Positions 49,367-58,957 of a stretch of 64,000 bases of DNA are shown here, piece by piece (positions within the stretch are counted from its first letter, which is position 1; each line of letters begins with the position of its first letter). The translations under genes were made by a program, and so were the position numbers. This DNA is from a bacterium (GTDB lineage Bacteria; Krumholzibacteriota; Krumholzibacteriia; G020349025). The stretch covers positions 47,608-111,607 of the forward strand of contig JANLSU010000070.1 of NCBI GenBank assembly GCA_031362565.1, given 5' to 3'. The notes under the pieces were generated by a model. It worked only from the letters and a program-made list of their open reading frames with translations. It was not told the DNA's origin and searched no databases.

Positions 49367-51070
49367 TCAGGCCGGCGCCGAGCGCCGGAACGCACGCCAC
49401 GCGTCGACGACGAGCGTCACCGCGAGACCGCACAAGGCGAGACCGACGATGCCGTTGATCGTCACCGGCGCAAACTGCACGCCGGTCGCGCCGATCTCCC
49501 GCCAGCTCGCCAGGATGCCCAGCACCAGAGACCATAGAGTGACGGTCAAGACGAAACCCGCTGGAACGAGCGTGTACCATACCGGCCGGCCGGTGCGGTG
49601 CAGCCACACCGACACGCCAAGCAGCGATAACGCCGCCAGCAATTGATTGCTGGTTCCGAACAGCGTCCAATACTCCATGTAGGCGGGGCGCTGCCCGGGC
49701 ACCACGGCGGGAGCCGTATTCAGCACGATGAGGGGCGGCGCGAGAGTGAGGAACGTTGCGACCGCCCCCCAGATGCGGCGCTTGGACGGAAACAGTTCTT
49801 GCAGTAAGTAGCGGCCCAATCGCGTGCTCACATCCAAGGTGTCGAAGACGAAGGTCGAGAACGCCATGGCACCGAATGTCGTGCAAAACACGAGGTGCTG
49901 CTGGCCCACGACGAGCGCCAGGTAGCGGCCGATGCCGTTGCCGTAGATGCGCCCGGGCGAACCCTGTACTTCGCCTTTCGCCAGGATCATGACCGTCGAC
50001 AACGCGATGAGCGCCACGAAGGACTCGAGCAACATGCCTCCGTAACCGACCGACCGGCAGTGCGATTCGCGGGCAATCTGCTTCGACGTCGTTCCCGAGC
50101 ACACGAGCCCGTGAAAACCCGAGCAGGCACCACAGGCGATGGTGACGAACAAGAATGGCCAGAGCGGTACGGTCGTGCCGCCGGGGCCTGGGGCAGCCCA
50201 AGTCTTGAACGCCTCTTGCTGAATCGGATAGTGGCCCGAGAACACGCCGATCACGCCGACCGCGAGCGACATGTAGAGCACAAAACCGCCCAGGTAGCCG
50301 CGCGGCTGCAAGAGCGCCCAGAGCGGCACCAGCGACGCCACGAAGCAGTACGCCAGGATGACGAGCGCCCAGACCTTGGCGGGGTTCGCGGTTGCGAACA
50401 CGAACGATGTCGAAACCAGTGTTCCTAGCCATACCATGACGAGTGTCGCCGGTACGAACACGATGGTGAGCAGCCACAACGGCGGATTCCATTTCCGCTG
50501 CACGAGCCCCATGACGACGCTCAGCAAGAGATAGAACAGACTCGCCGCCGCCACCGCGCCGCCCGGATTGAACGCCACTCCTTGGAGTTCGTCCGTCTTG
50601 CCGACGAAAGTCGAGGCGGTAATGTCGGCGAAGGCGATGATGACGTAGATGAGGGCAATCCAGATGAACAGCGTGAACGCAATCCAGGCACGCCGTCCCA
50701 AGTACTGATGAGCGATCTCCGCCACCGAACCGGCGCGATGCCGGACGGACGCGAAGAGCGTCGCCAAATCGTGCACGGCGCCAATCAAGATCACCCCGAA
50801 TGTCGTCCATAGGATGCAAGGCAACCACCCGAACTGTTGGCACGCGAGAATGGGTCCGGCGATCGGCCCGGCCGCCGCGATGGCGCTGAAGTGTTGACCG
50901 AGGAGGTAGAAGCGTCCGGTCGGCACGTAGTCGACGCCGTCTTCACGCTCCGTCGCCGGCGTAACGCGCCGGTCATCGAGCCCGAGAATGCGCGACAGGA
51001 CGCGGCCGTACAGGCGATAGCCCAACCCCAAGACGACGAGAACGAGGGCGGAGAGAAGCGGCAAGCTCAC
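49367..51070 (-). CDS. cstA: carbon starvation CstA family transporter
   Basis: DGVDYVPT, HFSAIAAAGPIAGP, LLQPRGY, IACGACSGFH, LFGTSNQLLA. Confidence 0.93.
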   Translation of the reverse strand: MSLPLLSALVLVVLGLGYRLYGRVLSRILGLDDRRVTPATEREDGVDYVPTGRFYLLGQHFSAIAAAGPIAGPILACQQFGWLPCILWTTFGVILIGAVHDLATLFASVRHRAGSVAEIAHQYLGRRAWIAFTLFIWIALIYVIIAFADITASTFVGKTDELQGVAFNPGGAVAAASLFYLLLSVVMGLVQRKWNPPLWLLTIVFVPATLVMVWLGTLVSTSFVFATANPAKVWALVILAYCFVASLVPLWALLQPRGYLGGFVLYMSLAVGVIGVFSGHYPIQQEAFKTWAAPGPGGTTVPLWPFLFVTIACGACSGFHGLVCSGTTSKQIARESHCRSVGYGGMLLESFVALIALSTVMILAKGEVQGSPGRIYGNGIGRYLALVVGQQHLVFCTTFGAMAFSTFVFDTLDVSTRLGRYLLQELFPSKRRIWGAVATFLTLAPPLIVLNTAPAVVPGQRPAYMEYWTLFGTSNQLLAALSLLGVSVWLHRTGRPVWYTLVPAGFVLTVTLWSLVLGILASWREIGATGVQFAPVTINGIVGLALCGLAVTLVVDAWRAFRRSAPA

Positions 51071-51118
51071 GTCGTCGTCCTTTCGTTCGCGCTTTGCCGT
51101 TCGCCTTCCCTGCGAACT

Positions 51119-52405
51119 CTATTTCGGTGATGGGTGCGGCGGCGAGGTAGCACCGCCGCAGGGCGCGTTTTCAATCCAAAACGGTTGCGACCACGCCATC
51201 GGTGCCCACTTTGTCGTCGTCGGAGTGCCGGAGACTTCGACGCGCACGTAGCCTTCGTCGCCGCGCGGCCGGTACTCGCCGCGACCCGCGTCGGCGTGCG
51301 CCAGGACCCGCCCCCCCCAACCAATGAACCGAATCTGCGTGGCTTCAGGCGCCAAAGCGACGATCGTGCCGTCACGCACGCCGATCTCCGCGAAAACAAG
51401 GCCCGTGCTGGCATAGAACGACCCGGCGTGCAGTGCCTTCATGAACCCCGTCGCCGTCGGATCATCGGTGCGGATCATGTCGAAGGCCGTGAACGGATAG
51501 GCGGTCGCTGCTCCGACCCAGGTGTGCGAATCGTCGTTCGCCAGGCCCCACAACCGGTGGCCACGCGCCAACAGGCCGTCCCAGAGCGGTGTCGCGTCCC
51601 AAGGCAGCGATGCCGAGCAACCGGCATCGACGGCCCCGGGCTTGTTGGGTTCGGACTGCACGGATTGCGTCAGGCGCAGGCCGTTCGCGACCTCGATCCC
51701 ATCCAAAAGCCCGAGGTCGAGTTCCTTTTCCAGGTTCTGTGGCGTCCATTCGGCCGGATGCGCCAAAAACACGAAGCCGCCTGCGAGCCGCGTGCGCTGC
51801 GCGGCCGGAAGCACGCGGACGGTCTTCTGCGACGGCGGTTCGATGCCGCCGCCGGGGTATCCGACCAGGCCGACATGTAAGCCGTTATTCGTGAATTCGG
51901 CGCCCGGCAACAGGACCGGCATCGCCGACCAATCCATCGACGCGTCCCGAACCCACTGGTCCAGCGACCACGGCGGACCGGGTTTCGACCAGTCACGGAC
52001 GTAGGCCTCGGTGCCGCTGCCGTATACATGCAGCGGCTGCGCGATGCCGTCGTTGTTCCAGTCGTGCGGCAACGAGTCGCCCTGCAGGCTGGGAAGAACG
52101 CCGCCGTCCTGGTCACCGTATTCATTGTGATCGCTCAAACACAGGACCGAGTAGCCCTGAGCGAGGTACAGCTGAACCAACTTGTCTCCGGGCTCGGCGC
52201 CGTCACTGTGACGCGAGTGCATGTGAAAATTGCCTCGGTGCCACGCCCCCGCACCGGCGTACGGATCGATGGTGCGAAAACAGGCGAACCGCGGCGGCGC
52301 TTCCACTGCTTGGTCGGTACACCCCGCGACGGCCCAAAGCGCTGCCGACAGCGCGGCGAGAACGCTCAGAAACGGGGCACGGCGTTGGCGCTGGAGGTCT
52401 TTCAT
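51119..52405 (-). CDS. PHP-domain (CehA/McbA-like) metallohydrolase lipoprotein
   Basis: Lipobox VAGC; GNFHMHSRHSDG, SDHN, AHP, IEVAN, DDSH, GSFYAS, WSQPF. Confidence 0.82.
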   Translation of the reverse strand: MKDLQRQRRAPFLSVLAALSAALWAVAGCTDQAVEAPPRFACFRTIDPYAGAGAWHRGNFHMHSRHSDGAEPGDKLVQLYLAQGYSVLCLSDHNEYGDQDGGVLPSLQGDSLPHDWNNDGIAQPLHVYGSGTEAYVRDWSKPGPPWSLDQWVRDASMDWSAMPVLLPGAEFTNNGLHVGLVGYPGGGIEPPSQKTVRVLPAAQRTRLAGGFVFLAHPAEWTPQNLEKELDLGLLDGIEVANGLRLTQSVQSEPNKPGAVDAGCSASLPWDATPLWDGLLARGHRLWGLANDDSHTWVGAATAYPFTAFDMIRTDDPTATGFMKALHAGSFYASTGLVFAEIGVRDGTIVALAPEATQIRFIGWGGRVLAHADAGRGEYRPRGDEGYVRVEVSGTPTTTKWAPMAWSQPFWIENAPCGGATSPPHPSPK

Positions 52406-52533
52406 GTTGCGCTCCGGTGCGGCGGAATCCTCGCCTCTGGGGTGTGCAAGCGGCATGCGCCAGCGCGCGCCGGCTCGCGAATCGGGCGGGAGTCTTGCAC
52501 AGCCGGGTCACCGTGTCCAGCAAGCGGAACGTA

Positions 52534-53478
52534 TTACTCCGGCTGCTGGCGCACCGTCGTGTCATGTCCCGCCGCATCCACGGTGGGCGGCGCCGGTACA
52601 TGCGCCATCGGCATGATGCCGCTTTGGCGTTCGATCTCGGCATTGATTTCGCCGCCCACGAGCAACGCCAGTCCCGTGAGATAGAACCACAAGAGCAGCA
52701 CGACCGGCGCCCCGAGCCCGGCATACAACGCCTCGTAGCGCCCGAATCGCGACACGTACTTCGTGAAGGCCCACGTGGCCAGAATCCACAGCAGAACCGC
52801 GACAATCGAGCCGGCCGTGATCCAATGCCAGGGGCGGCGCGCATTCGGTGCGAAGTGATAGACGATCTCGACGCCGAGAACGAGTGCCGCAGCCGCCACG
52901 ACCCGGCCCGACAAGTGCCACGCGGTCGCCGCACTCGGGCCCGCCGAGTTCACGATCCAGTCCCGAATCGCATCCGCATGCGACAAGAGGGGCAAGCCCA
53001 CCAGGAGTGTCAGCCACAACGCCAACGTCAGCACGAGCGACGCGCCGTACAGGCGCCACGGGCCGCGTCCTTCGCGGACGTTGTAGGCGCGGTTCAGCGT
53101 CGTGATCACGGCCCGCATGCCGCCGGCCGCGGTCCACAGCGACAGCAGCATCGAAATCGCCAGAACGCGCAGGTTCTTGGTTTGCAGAACACCGAGAATT
53201 TGCGCCACGTTGTTTTCCACCAAGTGCAGTGCCTGGGCCGGCATGACCTCGGCGAGGGCGCCGATCGTCGTCTTTTCGAGTTGGCCCGGGGGCATGTGCA
53301 CGATCAGCGTCGCCGTGGCCGCTAGAAAAGCCACGAACGGGAAGAAGGCCAGCAGAAAATAGAATGCCAGTTGGGCGGACGCACCAAAACAGTCGTCCAG
53401 GACGATTTCGGCCCACACCCGCCGCGCGGTCAGCGGCCAATTGATCTTCCAGTAGTCGCGATAGCGCATGCGTTTCAA
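52534..53478 (-). CDS. YihY/BrkB family membrane protein
   Basis: AQLAFYFLLAFFP, LNRAY, YEALYAGLG..VLLLWFY..LVGGEIN. Confidence 0.9.
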   Translation of the reverse strand: MKRMRYRDYWKINWPLTARRVWAEIVLDDCFGASAQLAFYFLLAFFPFVAFLAATATLIVHMPPGQLEKTTIGALAEVMPAQALHLVENNVAQILGVLQTKNLRVLAISMLLSLWTAAGGMRAVITTLNRAYNVREGRGPWRLYGASLVLTLALWLTLLVGLPLLSHADAIRDWIVNSAGPSAATAWHLSGRVVAAAALVLGVEIVYHFAPNARRPWHWITAGSIVAVLLWILATWAFTKYVSRFGRYEALYAGLGAPVVLLLWFYLTGLALLVGGEINAEIERQSGIMPMAHVPAPPTVDAAGHDTTVRQQPE

Positions 53479-54656
53479 AGGCGCCGGCCCGGCAAGCGCG
53501 CCGGCACCGTCGCAAGCCGGCGGGCGGCGTCTTCGAGGGTGTCGCGTTGCTTCGGGAAACAGAAGCGCACCTGCCGGGCGCCGCGTCCGGGCTCGCTGTA
53601 AAAGCTGCTGCCCGGCACCGGCGCCACACCAATCTCACGCACCAGCCAGGTCGAGAACGCCACGTCGTCGGAGAAACCGAACGACGCGATATCGGTCATG
53701 ATGTAATACGCGCCGCGTGGTTTCCAACACCCGAAGCCGGCCGTTTCGAGCGCCGACAGCAGGAAGTCGCGCCGTTCGCGGTAACCAGCGACGAGTTGCT
53801 GGTAGTACGCCGCCGGCAATTCCAGCGCCCGCGCCCCGGCCTCCTGGAGCGGTGCCGGTGCTCCGACGGTGAGAAAGTCATGCACCTTGCGAATGGCGTT
53901 GGTGAGATCGGGCGGCGCGAGAGTCCAGCCCACCCGCCAGCCGGTGACGGAATACGTCTTCGACAGGCCGTTGATCGTCACGGTGCGCTCGCGCATGCCG
54001 GGAAGCGTCGCCATGGCGACGTGTTCCGCGCCGTCATACACCAGGTGTTCGTAGATTTCGTCGGTAAAGACGAGAGCGTCCCATTTCAGGCAGAGGGCAG
54101 CGATCTCCTGCATCTCGTCGCGCGTGAACACCTTGCCGGTCGGATTGTTGGGGGTATTCAGCACCACGGCCCGGGTGCGCGGGCCGAAGGCGCGTTCGAG
54201 TTCCGCGTGATCGTACGTCCAGTCCGGTGGATGCAATGGCACGAAGCGCGGCACGGCCCCCGACAGGATCGCATCGGGCCCGTAGTTCTCGTAGAACGGC
54301 TCGAAGATAATGACCTCGTCGCCCGGATCGACGAGCGCCAGCATGGTCGCGATCATCGCCTCGGTGGCGCCGCAGGTCACCGTGATCTCGGTTTCGGGGT
54401 CGATCGCGAGGTCGAGGTCGCGGGCCGCCTTCGCGGCAATGGCGTCTCGCAAGCGCTTCGCGCCCCAAGTGATCGCGTACTGATTGATGTCGGCAAAGAG
54501 GGCTTCGGACGCCGCTTGCTTGAGAATATCCGGCGCACCGAAATCGGGGAAGCCTTGCGCCAAATTGACGGCGCCATATTGGCGCGCCTGGCGCGTCATG
54601 TCGCGGATGACGGATTCGGTGAAGCGTGCGGCCTTCTGCGATGCCACCCGGCGCAT
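53475..54656 (-). CDS. PLP-dependent aminotransferase class I/II
   Basis: NLAQGFPDF, GATEA, PNNPTG, DEIY, SKTYSVTGWRVG. Confidence 0.93.
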   Translation of the reverse strand: MRRVASQKAARFTESVIRDMTRQARQYGAVNLAQGFPDFGAPDILKQAASEALFADINQYAITWGAKRLRDAIAAKAARDLDLAIDPETEITVTCGATEAMIATMLALVDPGDEVIIFEPFYENYGPDAILSGAVPRFVPLHPPDWTYDHAELERAFGPRTRAVVLNTPNNPTGKVFTRDEMQEIAALCLKWDALVFTDEIYEHLVYDGAEHVAMATLPGMRERTVTINGLSKTYSVTGWRVGWTLAPPDLTNAIRKVHDFLTVGAPAPLQEAGARALELPAAYYQQLVAGYRERRDFLLSALETAGFGCWKPRGAYYIMTDIASFGFSDDVAFSTWLVREIGVAPVPGSSFYSEPGRGARQVRFCFPKQRDTLEDAARRLATVPARLPGRRL

Positions 54657-54746
54657 GGGACCTCCACGAGCCGGCGAGAATAGCATATGGATCGCGCGCC
54701 GGCCGAGCGGTTCGCGCCGCCTTGGCTGGAGGCTCGTCAGGACCGA

Positions 54747-57700
54747 CTACTTCACCAAGACGAGTTTGAGGCGATACGCATCGGCGGCGATGCGCGCCTG
54801 GAAGAAGTACACACCGGCCGCGCAGCGCTCGCCCGCAGCGTCGCGCCCATCCCACTCGAGACGATGCGCACCGGCGGGCAACACCCGGCCCGTCAAGAAA
54901 GCGCGGATGAGCCGGCCCTGCACGTCGAACAAGCGCGCCTCGACGCGCGCTTCGGACGCGAGGCGCAACACGACGGCCGTGGACGGGTTGAATGGATTCG
55001 GACCAGCAGTCACTGCGGTCGGAGCCGCCGCTGCGGCCTTTTCGGAAGCGACCGGCTCGGGCCTCGGGCGATCGTACGCGCACGCGTCACCGGAGGCCGC
55101 GCTCGTAAGCCCGAGCCGATCGAGAGACAGGACACGGTAGCAGCAAAGCGTCGGTTCGATTTCGTCGATGTCGAAGGACAAACCGGCAAACGGCGCCACA
55201 TTGAGGCGTGTCCACGCGCCGTTGTTCAAGCGACGCTCGATGGCATAGCCCGTCAGACGTGCGCTTCCCGGCGTCGCCGCGGTCCATGTGATGCGATGCC
55301 ATTGGTGCGCCACCGGCACGAAGTCCTGGGACGGCTGAAAAGCGGCCGCGTACAACGCCGCACCCGTGACGCGCACCAGATCCAGATCGCCGGCAAAGAA
55401 GTCCTTGAACGTCGTTGCCGATGTTTGCCGGGCACCGAGACGCAGCATGGCATTGCCGGTCGCTGGCGGGCCGGTGGTCGAGGCGCGCGCCACGAGTTGG
55501 CCGTCGACGAAGATGCGGCTCTCGGTGGCGGCTGCATCGTAGACGCCAGCCACATGGTGCCACACGCCGGCCGAAAGCGCTGCCGGACTGGCGACGGTGA
55601 GGGTCGTGCCGGCAGTGTTCTTCCACTGCAGTTCGGCCTTGCTGGCCGCCGTCAACGACAAGCGGTAGTTCCGCGCTCCGCTCGTCGACTCCTTCGCAAC
55701 CAAGACACCGTAGGTGCCGGTGCGGGTGAAGCGCACCCATGCTTCGACGGTGAAACTCGTGGCAAGACGCAAGCTCGGTGCATCGATGGCGCGTGCATGG
55801 TCATTCGTGCCGTCGAAGCGCAGCGCGCCGGTCGCGGGCCCATCCGTCCATGTGGGCTCGGCGGCGTCACCGGCCGCGTCCGCACCAAGCACGAGGCCGT
55901 TGGCGTTCGCGGTCGCGTCGACGCTCGTCGCGCCCGCCAACTCGTCGAACCGGTAGAGCGCATTGCCGGCGAGCGGCAACACCTGATGCATGACACGCAT
56001 TTGCGTCGCACCCGGTGCGAGCGGCGGTTGCGGCCCAGCGCCGAAGGTGATTTGCACCGGTGGGGTCGCGGCGCTCTCGCCTTGCGCATTGACCGCGCAC
56101 ACCGTGTAGACCAGCACGCCGTCCACCGGCGCCAGGTCCGCGTACCCCAGAGCCGCCGTCGCGGCCGGGGTGATTTCCAGCCCGTCTTCGGCGTTCGTGC
56201 TGCGAAACACCCGGTAACCGGTCGCGGTGCCGCCGGAGGCCGGCGCGCCCCATTTCAGCGCCACATACGATTGTTCGACTCCCGGGTCATAGTGGGTCGG
56301 CGGCGCAAAATCCCCCGCATACACTGCGCGTGCTGCCAGCCGCACCAGATCCAGGTCACCGGCGAGCGGGTCCTTGAGGCTCGTCGTCCGCCGCGCCCCG
56401 CAGAGCACGGCGTCGGGACAAAGCGCCGGGGACGTCGCATCGATGCGCCGGGAATCGAGTCCACCGTCGACATAGATGCGGTCCTCGCCGTGTTCCTGAT
56501 CGTGCACCGCGGCCACATGATGCCACTGGCCGTCGACGAGCTTGCGAAGCCCGAGCGTTGTCCGGCTCGCGCCGGCGGTATTCGTCCACGCAAGCTCGAC
56601 AACATCGCCGGTCGTGACGCGCAGCCGGTAGTTGCGGCGCGTACTGCCTTCCTTGGCGACCAGAACATCGGCGCTCCCCGGCACGCTGCGCCGCATCCAC
56701 GCCTCGACGGTGAAGCTGCCCGCGAAGTCGAGGGCCGGTGCGGCCGGAATCTCGACGTAGTCGTTGACGCCGTCGAAGTGCAGCGCGCCGTTCTCGATGC
56801 CGGCGACCCGTGCCGGTTCGCCCGAATCCGCACCGTTCGCGCCCAACGTGCCGCGGTCGGCAGAATCGACGTCGTTGATGACGTTGCCACCCGTCGATTC
56901 ATCGAAGAGATACGTGCCGACGATGCCCGGCTGCGAATGCCGCACGGCGGGCGAGACCGTCAACGCCGTCGGCGGTCCCGGCGGGGGCGGCGGTGGTGGT
57001 GGTGGTGGCGGTGGCGTACCACCGCCCGTCGTGAAGCCATTCCCGGCGGGCGGCGCGCCCCAACCGTTCCAGTACGCGGTCGATGCCGTCGCCGCGATGG
57101 CCATGAAACTTCCCGGCGGCAACGTTTGCTTCATGCCGGTCACATCGTTGAGCGGCGCCGACGATGCGTCGAGAAGCACCGTCGCACTCCCGAACGCCAG
57201 CGTGCTCGTGGACCCGACGCGGTACAGGATCGGATCCGGCGAACCGCACGACCAGCAGGTATAGGCAGCGTACAGTTGGGTTTCCGACGCATCGAGCATC
57301 AGGAGCGGACGGGTGCCGTTCTGACCGCCGGTAATGTTGGCGCGCGTCGTCCAGGTGCCGTCGACGTCGCGCCGATGCACCGCGAACTCGTTCTTGACGT
57401 CTTTGGTGATCGCGAACACACGCCCGGTGTGATCGGCACACAGATTCAGATGGTCGTCCGAGTTGCCGACGCCCGGGCGCACGACTTCGACTGCCGACCA
57501 AGAGTCCGGCGGATCGGTGTCGGCGTGGACGCGGAAGCCGAATTCCCAGCGGTTCTGGTCCGACCAAAAGACGCCGACTTGATTGCCGCCGAACTTGAGG
57601 ACGGAAGCAATGTCGTCGTCGTTGAGGCCGGTGCGCAAAATGACACCCGGCAACTGCCAACTCCGATGGTCGGCGCTCGTCGTGTACGCCGCATAGACGT

Positions 57701-58184
57701 TGCCGCCACCTTCATAGGCCGCCCAAAGCCGCCCCGACGAATCCTGGTCGATCACCATGGTTTCGGAGCCGGGGGCGATGTCGAGCGTGACCGGAAATCC
57801 GGCGACCGGTGGATAGGTGTCGCTGGCCGTGTCGTAGGTGAATTTGTAGAGCTTGGGTAGACTCGAATACACGAGGACAAACAGGACGCTGCCCGTCCAC
57901 AGCACATCTTCGCGCCCGTCGGTGCCGAGGTTGATGTGCGCGTCGATGCGCGGCCCCTCGGTCCAGGTGCCGGCATCCAGCTTGTAGAAATGGCTGCCGT
58001 CCGGCGCCTGCAGCACCGCCCAGTAGAAGCCGTCGTTGTACCAGATTTTGGACTGCGGCTTGTCGCTCGTGCCCGGACAGGAGCCGACGGGTTGGCCGGC
58101 GCCTAGCGCGCGGCCGGGACCCAGGGCGGCCACCAGAAATATGACTAGGGCGCACTGCCGCGCAGCACGAAGCAAGGCATCCAT
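54747..58184 (-). CDS. large secreted protein: unknown N-domain, poly-Pro linker, two LamG domains, FN3-like segments, FlgD-Ig/T9SS-like CTD
   Basis: ALHFDGVNDY/FTVEAW/WHHVA twice; CTD PNPFNPST...DVQGRLIR...WDGRD...GVYF...KLVLVK. Confidence 0.85.
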   Translation of the reverse strand: MDALLRAARQCALVIFLVAALGPGRALGAGQPVGSCPGTSDKPQSKIWYNDGFYWAVLQAPDGSHFYKLDAGTWTEGPRIDAHINLGTDGREDVLWTGSVLFVLVYSSLPKLYKFTYDTASDTYPPVAGFPVTLDIAPGSETMVIDQDSSGRLWAAYEGGGNVYAAYTTSADHRSWQLPGVILRTGLNDDDIASVLKFGGNQVGVFWSDQNRWEFGFRVHADTDPPDSWSAVEVVRPGVGNSDDHLNLCADHTGRVFAITKDVKNEFAVHRRDVDGTWTTRANITGGQNGTRPLLMLDASETQLYAAYTCWSCGSPDPILYRVGSTSTLAFGSATVLLDASSAPLNDVTGMKQTLPPGSFMAIAATASTAYWNGWGAPPAGNGFTTGGGTPPPPPPPPPPPPGPPTALTVSPAVRHSQPGIVGTYLFDESTGGNVINDVDSADRGTLGANGADSGEPARVAGIENGALHFDGVNDYVEIPAAPALDFAGSFTVEAWMRRSVPGSADVLVAKEGSTRRNYRLRVTTGDVVELAWTNTAGASRTTLGLRKLVDGQWHHVAAVHDQEHGEDRIYVDGGLDSRRIDATSPALCPDAVLCGARRTTSLKDPLAGDLDLVRLAARAVYAGDFAPPTHYDPGVEQSYVALKWGAPASGGTATGYRVFRSTNAEDGLEITPAATAALGYADLAPVDGVLVYTVCAVNAQGESAATPPVQITFGAGPQPPLAPGATQMRVMHQVLPLAGNALYRFDELAGATSVDATANANGLVLGADAAGDAAEPTWTDGPATGALRFDGTNDHARAIDAPSLRLATSFTVEAWVRFTRTGTYGVLVAKESTSGARNYRLSLTAASKAELQWKNTAGTTLTVASPAALSAGVWHHVAGVYDAAATESRIFVDGQLVARASTTGPPATGNAMLRLGARQTSATTFKDFFAGDLDLVRVTGAALYAAAFQPSQDFVPVAHQWHRITWTAATPGSARLTGYAIERRLNNGAWTRLNVAPFAGLSFDIDEIEPTLCCYRVLSLDRLGLTSAASGDACAYDRPRPEPVASEKAAAAAPTAVTAGPNPFNPSTAVVLRLASEARVEARLFDVQGRLIRAFLTGRVLPAGAHRLEWDGRDAAGERCAAGVYFFQARIAADAYRLKLVLVK
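56978..57025 (-). repeat. poly-proline linker, (CCA/CCG)n
   Basis: GGT/GGC triplet run on plus strand encoding GTPPPPPPPPPPPPPG. Confidence 0.8.
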
Positions 58185-58364
58185 GCCAGCCTCTTTGTTG
58201 GCGCACTGAGGTTTTTGGGAACGGAGCTTAGGGGGCTTGCCTATTGTAGCAGACGGCCCGGGACCGAGTCCAGACGGACGGTCCCCCTGGACGATCCCGA
58301 GGCGTCACCTCTACCCTGGACCGTCGGCGCCGCACGGGGCTTGCGCCGTGAAAAGCCGGGGCAA

Positions 58365-58781
58365 ATGCGCCAGCGAATCGTCACCTTGTCGCGCACCTAC
58401 CGCTTTTCGGCGGCGCACTACTACCACGATCCCGGCCTCGACGACGCGGCGAACGCGCGCCTGTTCGGCAAGTGCGCCAACCAGCACGGGCATGGTCACA
58501 ACTACCGATGCGAGGTGCGGCTGCGGGGTGTGCCGGCGGTGGAAACCGGCATGCTGTTCGATCTTCGAACCCTGGACCGTATCGTGCACGAGACGGTTCT
58601 CGAACGGCTGGACCATCGCAACCTGAATGCCGAGGTCGAGGCATTCGCGACCCAGCAACCGACCTGCGAAAACCTCGCCGGCTTCGTTTGGGAAACGCTG
58701 GCGCCGCAGCTCCCGCCCGGACTCTTGGACGCGGTCCGTCTCTACGAGACCGACGACCTGTGGGCCGAGTACCGCGGCTGA
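58365..58781 (+). CDS. 6-pyruvoyl-tetrahydropterin synthase, PTPS-II-like paralogue
   Basis: FSAAH, NARLFGKCANQHGHGHNY, TGM, LDHRNLN, PTCENLA, LYET. Confidence 0.85.
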   Translation: MRQRIVTLSRTYRFSAAHYYHDPGLDDAANARLFGKCANQHGHGHNYRCEVRLRGVPAVETGMLFDLRTLDRIVHETVLERLDHRNLNAEVEAFATQQPTCENLAGFVWETLAPQLPPGLLDAVRLYETDDLWAEYRG

Positions 58782-58957
58782 GGGTCGTTGACCGGTGGGT
58801 CGTCCCCCGTCCATGGCACCGGCGGCGCGCACCGCGCCCCGGGGACGGCAATTCGCCACTGGCGCGCCCGCCCAAACGGCTTATGTTATGCTTGCCCGCC
58901 CGTGGGACGTTTGCCGGCCCCGCGGCCTCGCCGCCGTGTGGCGAAGGAGAACCCAGG

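Noticed and set aside
52445..52462. Sigma-54-like box before the PHP lipoprotein gene
   Set aside because: The -24 position reads CG rather than GG at the required spacing
56978..57025. GGT triplet run as a phase-variation tract
   Set aside because: In-frame triplets with mixed codons encoding a poly-Pro linker; slippage would not shift the frame
54687..57860. 1057-aa plus-strand ORF
   Set aside because: Antisense shadow of the LamG/CTD gene
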